Assembly: GCA_048938895.1 (NCBI GenBank) | Contig: JBHLLU010000007.1 | Location: forward strand, 45,907-109,906 | From: Promethearchaeota archaeon | Lineage (GTDB): Archaea > Asgardarchaeota > Lokiarchaeia > Sigyniarchaeales > SOKP01 | Length of the DNA: 64,000 bases | Reading direction: 5' to 3' | Part shown: in pieces, positions 57,721-64,000 of the stretch | Numbering within the stretch: the stretch's first letter is position 1 | How the letters are laid out: each line of letters opens with the position of its first letter | The notes under the pieces: generated by a model | The model's database searches: none | Told to the model about the DNA's origin: nothing | Seen by the model: only the letters and a program-made list of their open reading frames with translations | Program-made: the position numbers and the translations under genes

Positions 57721-58002
57721 TTATACCTCTTGTAATTCAAGTTTTTTTACACGGTATGACTTAGCATACTGCTTTTTACCACATTCGGAACACTCTAAGA
57801 CAGGAGTGGTTCTTTTGTTAATTTTAGCGTTTTTATGAAAGATTTCTTTGGGAAAGCTCCCGTAACCTTTTTTCTTGCGTTCCACTCGTCTCCTACCGTG
57901 ATTTAAGGCTCTTTCTTTACCCTTCTTATATACTGTGACATTATGAATTTGATGTTGTCGGCAACTGGGACAATATCTTCTTGTAGTTTTCGGATACTTC
58001 AC
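57721..58002 (-). CDS. rpl44e: 50S ribosomal protein eL42 (L44e)
   Basis: MKYPK..RRYCP.C..H..H.V..YKKG...G.RR...K..GYG...CSECGK. Confidence 0.95.
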   Translation of the reverse strand: MKYPKTTRRYCPSCRQHQIHNVTVYKKGKERALNHGRRRVERKKKGYGSFPKEIFHKNAKINKRTTPVLECSECGKKQYAKSYRVKKLELQEV

Positions 58003-58161
58003 TTTAAAAAACCATTTTACTCTAGCTAATCTATGTAATTATTTATAAATTTTAAATTTTATTAGTTCTGCTTATTTCTTCTGAAAAACCATTGTTTAAT
58101 AATAAATAATTTAAATCTTAGTTTCATAAAGATAATAAAAACATTATTAATGAGAATTTAA

Positions 58162-59079
58162 ATGTTTCATGAGAAATTTGCGGAAGGAATAATTAGCGCG
58201 AAGCAATTTGATAGAGAGGATGTTGAGTATATCTTAAAGAAAGGTCGAGAAATGATACGTGAAACCAACTCAAATCTCCTAAAAGGTAAAATTCTTGCTA
58301 CCCTATTCTTTGAGCCATCTACTCGTACGCGCCTTAGTTTTGAATCTGCTATGTATAGATTAGGAGGGAATGTGATTGGGTTTCATTCGGGTGATGTATC
58401 ATCTATTAAGAAAGGTGAAAGTATTGCAGATACTATTCGAACAGTAGAAAATTATAGTGATTGCATTGTAATAAGACACTCATTGGAAGGAGCAGCTAGA
58501 ATGGCCGCAAAATTTGCTCAAGTTCCTATTATTAATGCAGGTTCTGGAAGTGGAGAGCATCCTACTCAAGCATTGCTTGATATTCTCACAATTACTGAAG
58601 AATTAGGCTCATTAGATGGGTTAAATATAGGATTAATGGGAGATCTAAAGTATGGGAGGACAGTTCATTCACTTTCAATTTTACTATCTCTTTTTGATGT
58701 AAATGTATATTTTATCAGTCCGTTAGAATTGAAAATGAGGAATCGTGATAAAGACTTTCTTCAACAACGACATATGAACTATAAAGAAATTACCGAATAT
58801 AGAAAGATTTTGGATATATTAGATGTTCTGTATATAACTAGGATTCAGAAAGAGAGGTTTATTGATTTAGAAGAGTATGAAAAAGTTAAAGAATTTTACA
58901 TTTTTAGAAAGGATGACCTTGAGAACACTAAAGAAAATTTTCGATTGTTACACCCTTTACCACGAATAACTGAAATTTCACCTGATATTGATGAATCTGA
59001 GAAGGCTATATATTTCAAACAGACATATTATGGGATTCCTATGAGAAAAGCACTTCTTGCAGAAATGATGAAGAATTAA
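58162..59079 (+). CDS. pyrB: Aspartate carbamoyltransferase catalytic subunit
   Basis: FFEPSTRTRLSF, KGES..DT, NAGSG..EHPTQ, GDLKYGRTVHS, HPLPR. Confidence 0.97.
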   Translation: MFHEKFAEGIISAKQFDREDVEYILKKGREMIRETNSNLLKGKILATLFFEPSTRTRLSFESAMYRLGGNVIGFHSGDVSSIKKGESIADTIRTVENYSDCIVIRHSLEGAARMAAKFAQVPIINAGSGSGEHPTQALLDILTITEELGSLDGLNIGLMGDLKYGRTVHSLSILLSLFDVNVYFISPLELKMRNRDKDFLQQRHMNYKEITEYRKILDILDVLYITRIQKERFIDLEEYEKVKEFYIFRKDDLENTKENFRLLHPLPRITEISPDIDESEKAIYFKQTYYGIPMRKALLAEMMKN

Positions 59080-59103
59080 CTAACCATATGAAGTTATTTA
59101 TTA

Positions 59104-61098
59104 TTATTTTATATCATTCTCATAATTACGTAGAGGAAACGCATTTATTTTTGAATCAATTAGCATGTTTAGAGATTTATTGAGAGATAAGTCACTTCCA
59201 CTTATAATTTGATCGAATATTGATCCTCCATTCATTATGTTCTCAAACTTTTTAAAGAGCGATAATTTTTTGTGTAAACTTAAAGAAGAGTCCTCCCTAA
59301 TAATTTTAGAGGAGTAAGATGTAACATTTTTCCCGTTAATTGAATTTCCATTATGCCAGCAATCTTCAAGATATCTACCAATATGAGGCTGCGACAAGAT
59401 ATAACATTCATTATCCAACTCATTTTTTTCCTCGATGAGATTTCTCATAAGGGATAAAATATTCAGAGCAAATTTTGTACTACTTTCTGTCCTATCAAGT
59501 TCGAGACCACAATGATTTAGGATTGCCTTGTCTAGTCCAAAAAAACTTATTGATTTTATGGAATCACTAATTATACTCTCTTGGTTTTCTCCAAATATAT
59601 TAAAGGCAATCTTATTCCACTTTTTACCAACCTTCAATTTTCTTATGATTAGTTCTTTCTTAATATGGAAAAAATCAAAAATTGAATCCATCTTATCCTG
59701 AATCAACTCATAAAACTCGTCATCGTTTTGACAAGCGTCAATAGAAACTGTGTGCAAGTTCATTAAGACCTTATCTAAAATAATTTTGTTTTGTTCAGGA
59801 TTAATAATTTTAATTAGTGTTGAACTTAATAAATCTAAAATATTATTATTTTGGAGTATTATACTTTTCTTGAGAGGGCTAGAAAGGAGATTTTTGATTA
59901 TTAATTTTGAGTCATTTTCCTCTTTAAAATCTGAGTATCTAAGCAGGAGTAACGGGCTACTCAAATGTTCAGATTTATTCATTAAAGCAGAAAAAAATTC
60001 TTTCACTGCATTTTCATTTAGAATACTCCCATTAGTTATAATTTTATTACTGTTAAATCCTAAAGACAGATGTGGGTAATTATCTTTGTATGTTTCCTCG
60101 AAACGAAGTAGCTGAGTGGTTAGGATATCCATGATATAAGATTGATTTTCAGATAAGTTGAAATTGACAAGAAATTTGTCATAGAAGTCTCCTAATATTA
60201 AATCTCCAGAGTAGAATTGTCTAAAGTTGTATAAAAAATTGCAAAAATCTAAGATTGTGATAATGTAGTCTTTTTCTGCCCTTAGACTATGTGTGATATT
60301 GAAACTTGTACCGTAAATATAATTAAAAACAGATTCAATATTCAAATATACACTTAAAGGTCTTAAACTCCAATAATTTAGATAAAGCAGTGCAATTTCT
60401 CCTGTGAGATATAAGTCTGCTAACTTTTTAGGAAGGAGATTGAGAAGTAAAAATTGTTCAGAAACATCAGAGCCTAACCTTTCTATAAATTTTTCAGGTG
60501 TATTTTCAGTATTATTCGAATCAAATAACTTAAATACTTCATAGGGGGGTGTACCTAACCTAGTAAGTTTATGTCTTACTTCTTCTAATCCATTTTCTAA
60601 TAAAATTACGTTAATATACTCTCGCATTAATGGAGCTGTTAAATATTCAATATTTGTTTTTGTTAGGCGTTCTTCCACCTCATGTGCAATTTGTTTTGCT
60701 AAGTAAACGTCTAATTCACCCTCAGTCACTAAATATTCCTCAATTTTTCCAGAATCAAATAATTCCTTCGAATATTTCGAAGTTCGAATCATCCGAGTTT
60801 TAGTGCGATCTATTAGAATCTGCTCTATTGAAAGTATATTCTTTAATATCTGTTTCCCCAAAGTGGTGATATAGTATCCTTCTTCAGATGAATCAATTAA
60901 GTCGCACTTTTTTAACGCATTTAAGTGAAAAGTGAAATTTACTGAAGAATCAACTTGCTCAAGGACCTCTTTTTGTAATTTTGAAAAAGACAAGGGATTC
61001 TGTATATCTCTTAGCTTTTTCATAATATCGATTCTTATTTTTTGACCTAAGGTTTTTAGCTGCTTTTCTAAATAATTTATATTTTTGTCGGAGCTCAC
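59104..61098 (-). CDS. ArsR-type winged HTH + ATP-cone + degenerate class III ribonucleotide-reductase-like domain (no glycyl-radical motif)
   Basis: R..I...L....LSFS.L...FHL..L...DLI.....Y.IT.LG; ATP-cone FD..KI...L..E.......A..IA.EVE...LTAPLMRE..N..LLE.G....R...TRLG.P; LP..LADL...GEI. No C-terminal R..GY motif or Zn ribbon. Confidence 0.75.
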   Translation of the reverse strand: MSSDKNINYLEKQLKTLGQKIRIDIMKKLRDIQNPLSFSKLQKEVLEQVDSSVNFTFHLNALKKCDLIDSSEEGYYITTLGKQILKNILSIEQILIDRTKTRMIRTSKYSKELFDSGKIEEYLVTEGELDVYLAKQIAHEVEERLTKTNIEYLTAPLMREYINVILLENGLEEVRHKLTRLGTPPYEVFKLFDSNNTENTPEKFIERLGSDVSEQFLLLNLLPKKLADLYLTGEIALLYLNYWSLRPLSVYLNIESVFNYIYGTSFNITHSLRAEKDYIITILDFCNFLYNFRQFYSGDLILGDFYDKFLVNFNLSENQSYIMDILTTQLLRFEETYKDNYPHLSLGFNSNKIITNGSILNENAVKEFFSALMNKSEHLSSPLLLLRYSDFKEENDSKLIIKNLLSSPLKKSIILQNNNILDLLSSTLIKIINPEQNKIILDKVLMNLHTVSIDACQNDDEFYELIQDKMDSIFDFFHIKKELIIRKLKVGKKWNKIAFNIFGENQESIISDSIKSISFFGLDKAILNHCGLELDRTESSTKFALNILSLMRNLIEEKNELDNECYILSQPHIGRYLEDCWHNGNSINGKNVTSYSSKIIREDSSLSLHKKLSLFKKFENIMNGGSIFDQIISGSDLSLNKSLNMLIDSKINAFPLRNYENDIK

Positions 61099-61391
61099 TT
61101 TCCTTCAAGTGAAATTACATATTCTTTAAACCTGCTTAACTAAATAATAAGATTATCAATTATATAAAAATTTAGGATTTCTACAATCTTACAATGAGGA
61201 GAGATAATATACAGGTGATATGTAATTTACAAATTTGAGAATTGAATAATGGGGTAAAATAATTTAAAGAACAATTTTGAAGCGTCCTAAATTGTAATAT
61301 CATTTAATTCTAATAACAATTTTTGGACTCCTTATGAAATATATTCCACTAAATCAATAAAAATAATTAACTACAATTTTCTTGAATACTA

Positions 61392-62891
61392 ATGTGTGAG
61401 ACTCTTATGAAAAAAAAAGAAAAAGTATCTGAAGTAGTACTAACTGAAATGAATAGAGAGAGGGTGTTAGATGAATCTCAAAATTTTTTCCAAGTAGACT
61501 TCTTGAAGGCGTTAATGATTTTCCTTGTAATTTTTGATCATGTCGTATATTGGGATGTGAAAAATAATATCGGTGCTGCCTTGTGGGAAAGAATATCCAT
61601 TCCTGTATTTTTAGTTTTACTAGGATTTAATGCTGGTAAATCATTTCAAAGACAGGGTGATTTATCATTAAAGGAATTATATTCATGGAAATACTTTAAA
61701 AAGAAGATTTTACGCTATATTGTACCATATCTTATATTATATGCTGTTTCTACCCTTATTGGCTTAATAATCTATGGTTTTGATATTACTGCTATGTATC
61801 GTAACCAATATTATCCCAGCCACGGTTATATGAATTTATTCATAGGGATCCTACCTTTTTGGGGGCCTGGTAATTGGTTCCTTCCATTACTCTTCCAATC
61901 TATCCTAATTTTACCACTGCTTTATAAGTTTTTTACAAAAAAACCAATAATAGCTTTAATCTCATGCTTTATTATTGAAATTGCTATGCAACTATGTGTC
62001 TTTTTCTTTATTGGGGATCTATTTCCTGGAGGTGTAATATCTTTTCCAAAATTGCATGTTCTTAACATGTTTATGGACTGTGTATTATTTTATCTTTCTG
62101 GAATAGGTTTAGGTATGTGGTTTTCATTTGAACACAGACTTGAGCATAGTAGGAATTTTTTTATGTGGCTATTATATCCTATTAGTTTGGCTTTTATCGT
62201 TACATATCAATTCTTTGGATATCGAATTATGATTGGAAATGTCCCTCTATTAAGAGGTGATTATCATTTCCTGATTTTTCCCTATTCTGCCTTTTTGGTT
62301 TTACTTGCTTTGAAGTTTTTACCGCAAAGGGTAGATGGTCCAATTAAACGAGCAATCTCTCTAATTGGGAAATCAACCTATCATATTTTGCTTACTCAAA
62401 TATTTGGGTTTGGGATAATGTATTCTGGTTTAGGTCGCCATTACATTATCTTTGACGGATTTAGCTGGCTTGATGTATTATATTTAACATTTGCATGGTT
62501 TCTCTTTATACCGCTTGGGATTTTATGGTATAAAACAGATCAGAATAAGAATATCTATAGACGCATTCTATATTACCTTGATTTCTTCATAATCTTAACA
62601 ATTGCAACCTTTGCAATTTTCGTAAGTCGAGGTGACTGGGTACCAATTCCAATTTATATTATTTTAGGGGTCGCTTTAGCAGCATTAATTCCTATTCTTC
62701 ATCCAAGAATACGCCTTAGAACGCGCATTATTGCGTTATGGACTGCATTTTTAGGTTATTGTTTTGCAATAGCAATTTTGTATGTTGCGATTCTTCCACC
62801 TACTGAATTTTTAACTCAAAACATTTCAATCGGAGCTTTTCTTGTTATGGCAGTGGTTGGTACATATTTGGATTACAAATTTTTGAAATAA
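61392..62891 (+). CDS. Acyltransferase-3 (OafA-like) polytopic membrane protein
   Basis: VDFLKAL.IFLVIFDH, IPVF..L.G, KK..R...PY, WF.P, IGK.TY.I.L.Q, and many TM helices. Confidence 0.85.
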   Translation: MCETLMKKKEKVSEVVLTEMNRERVLDESQNFFQVDFLKALMIFLVIFDHVVYWDVKNNIGAALWERISIPVFLVLLGFNAGKSFQRQGDLSLKELYSWKYFKKKILRYIVPYLILYAVSTLIGLIIYGFDITAMYRNQYYPSHGYMNLFIGILPFWGPGNWFLPLLFQSILILPLLYKFFTKKPIIALISCFIIEIAMQLCVFFFIGDLFPGGVISFPKLHVLNMFMDCVLFYLSGIGLGMWFSFEHRLEHSRNFFMWLLYPISLAFIVTYQFFGYRIMIGNVPLLRGDYHFLIFPYSAFLVLLALKFLPQRVDGPIKRAISLIGKSTYHILLTQIFGFGIMYSGLGRHYIIFDGFSWLDVLYLTFAWFLFIPLGILWYKTDQNKNIYRRILYYLDFFIILTIATFAIFVSRGDWVPIPIYIILGVALAALIPILHPRIRLRTRIIALWTAFLGYCFAIAILYVAILPPTEFLTQNISIGAFLVMAVVGTYLDYKFLK

Positions 62892-62924
62892 GCTATTCTT
62901 AATATTATTTTTTTTTTCACTTTA

Positions 62925-63056
62925 TTACTTTATTAATCTTTCATTATTTTCCATAATCTCATGTATGAGTTCCTTAAACATTTGTTTATAATATTCTTTT
63001 GGGCTTTTATCGATCATTTTCTCATCTTGTATTAGCCACTCCCGTTGCTTTAACAT
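62925..63056 (-). CDS. Candidate 43-aa small protein (below track cut-off)
   Basis: MLKQREWLIQDEKMIDKSPKEYYKQMFKELIHEIMENNERLIK followed by a double TAA stop; amphipathic helical pattern. Confidence 0.4.
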   Translation of the reverse strand: MLKQREWLIQDEKMIDKSPKEYYKQMFKELIHEIMENNERLIK

Positions 63057-63466
63057 CTTAATGCACAATCATCTCTTTTTGTTTTTAATGTACATTATCT
63101 TCATAACTTGTACTATTATAAAAAGGAAATTGTTATAATTATGAAGTTCATAGAAAATGATAGAAGAAAGATTTACCTTACGGATTTTTTTTGATTTCAT
63201 TATGATCATTTTGTCTATTCTGGTATTTATATTTTTGGACTCTCATAATTTATTAATTACAAATAAAGTAAAATTATATAAGGGGATAGATGTTTTCCCC
63301 TAAACAGGTGCTTAAAAACCATTCCCAAAATTTATTTCGTTTATTTTCATCCAGAAACAAGTTTTCATTCGTATGATCCTACGATCCTACGAAAATTCGT
63401 CGCGATAGAAGACTAATAACTAAAATTTAATTTGAGAATTGTATGACTGTTGAATGAGTTTTGAAA

Positions 63467-63530
63467 GGGCTATTGGGAGATTAGTCTCCAAGGGTTACTA
63501 AACTTAACCTCAAAGCCCGCTTACCGGGCT
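63467..63530 (-). other. GC-rich structured element at and after the rps7 stop codon
   Basis: Minus-strand GGGCU/AGCCC closing helix enclosing two hairpins (GGUUA/UAACC and UUGGAGA/UCUCCCAA). An alternative AGCCCG/CGGGCU hairpin spans the stop codon. Confidence 0.45.
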
Positions 63531-64000
63531 GAAACAGCAATTCTTTCGATCTCATCCTTCCGTTTGACGGCTCTAGACTCTTGACTATTTCTTGCTGCTA
63601 ATATTAATTCCTGTGCCAGGTTTTCTTCAAACTGTTTTTCATTGGAATGTGACCGGGCTCCAATAGCTTGAGCTAAATACTTCAAAGCTAAATCTACTCT
63701 GCGCTGGGGTGCGATATCGACCGCAGAAGCATAGCTTATGCCACCCATGGCGATTTTCGTCGTTTCTTCTCTAGGACATGTATTCACAATAGCATCAATT
63801 AGGATTTGAATAGGATTTTCACCTGTAGTTAATTCTATCAACGCAAAGGAGTTTTTAATATCCTTCAACAATTTTCCTTTCTTGCCAGAATTGAAGGAAC
63901 TCTTATGACCTCTAATCCTACTACCAATAAATCCAGGAGAAAGTAATCTATTTGTAAAACGTTCGATAATTGATACTTTAGAAGATTTCCAAAATCGTCT
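63521..64000 (-). CDS. rps7: 30S ribosomal protein uS7 (5' end beyond window)
   Basis: The frame is open to 64000: RRFWKSSKVSIIERFTNRL...SGKK...NPIQILIDAI.N..PREET...AVDIAPQRRVD...KRKDEIERIAVSAR. Confidence 0.96.
   Translation of the reverse strand, partial: RRFWKSSKVSIIERFTNRLLSPGFIGSRIRGHKSSFNSGKKGKLLKDIKNSFALIELTTGENPIQILIDAIVNTCPREETTKIAMGGISYASAVDIAPQRRVDLALKYLAQAIGARSHSNEKQFEENLAQELILAARNSQESRAVKRKDEIERIAVSAR

Noticed and set aside
1896-60079. Many short antisense or out-of-frame ORFs in the track (e.g. 1896, 9656, 10397, 18245, 24479, 42343, 44026, 48619, 59750)
   Set aside because: They are nested in well-supported genes, have no motifs, and show typical reverse-frame composition.
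59104-61098. Annotating as an active anaerobic ribonucleotide reductase (nrdD)
   Set aside because: It lacks the glycyl-radical loop and Zn ribbon, and no nrdG is adjacent.
63375-63392. GATCCTAC tandem duplication
   Set aside because: Only two 8-bp copies with no spacers; not CRISPR and plausibly slippage.
63440-63520. tRNA or SECIS interpretation of the structured element
   Set aside because: No T-loop (GTTCRA) or complete cloverleaf, no GA-quartet SECIS core, and no in-frame TGA selenoprotein candidate was noticed in the window.

Overview
This is an AT-rich archaeal chromosome segment, most consistent with an Asgard archaeon of the Lokiarchaeia type. Support for that call: Rab- and Arf-like small GTPases, an STT3-like AglB, an EF-2 with an altered diphthamide loop, and a PGY-TM-basic C-terminal sorting signal. 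Most of the window is housekeeping: EngB, EF-2, CCA enzyme, aIF5B, UvrA/B, TruA, RFC-S, enolase, the Csl4-RpoL cluster, EF-1alpha, AOR, aIF2alpha-Nop10, PCNA-PriL-PriS-GINS, an RPA-like OB protein, TFS, eL42-eS27, PyrB and uS7. The main accessory feature is a ~20 kb anaerobic catabolic block between uvrB and uvrA. It holds a TetR regulator, a radical-SAM activase, two tandem glycyl-radical enzymes of unassigned function, an Opp/Dpp-type ABC importer whose two ATPases each carry a ~7-TM N-terminal domain, an Fe-S protein, a crotonase, and a corrinoid protein with a UroD-fold methyltransferase. A 21-bp palindrome (TAAATTWAC-N3-GTWAATTTA) lies upstream of tetR, both GRE genes and the substrate-binding protein gene, which suggests one regulon. 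Other unusual items are an HTH/ATP-cone/inactivated-NrdD fusion, an AglB with five C-terminal Ig-like repeats, a palindrome shared by the promoters of two tandem Rab-like genes, and structured elements 3' of two ribosomal-protein genes. No rRNA, tRNA, CRISPR array or transposase was recognised. All calls come from motif recognition by eye; no searches were run.
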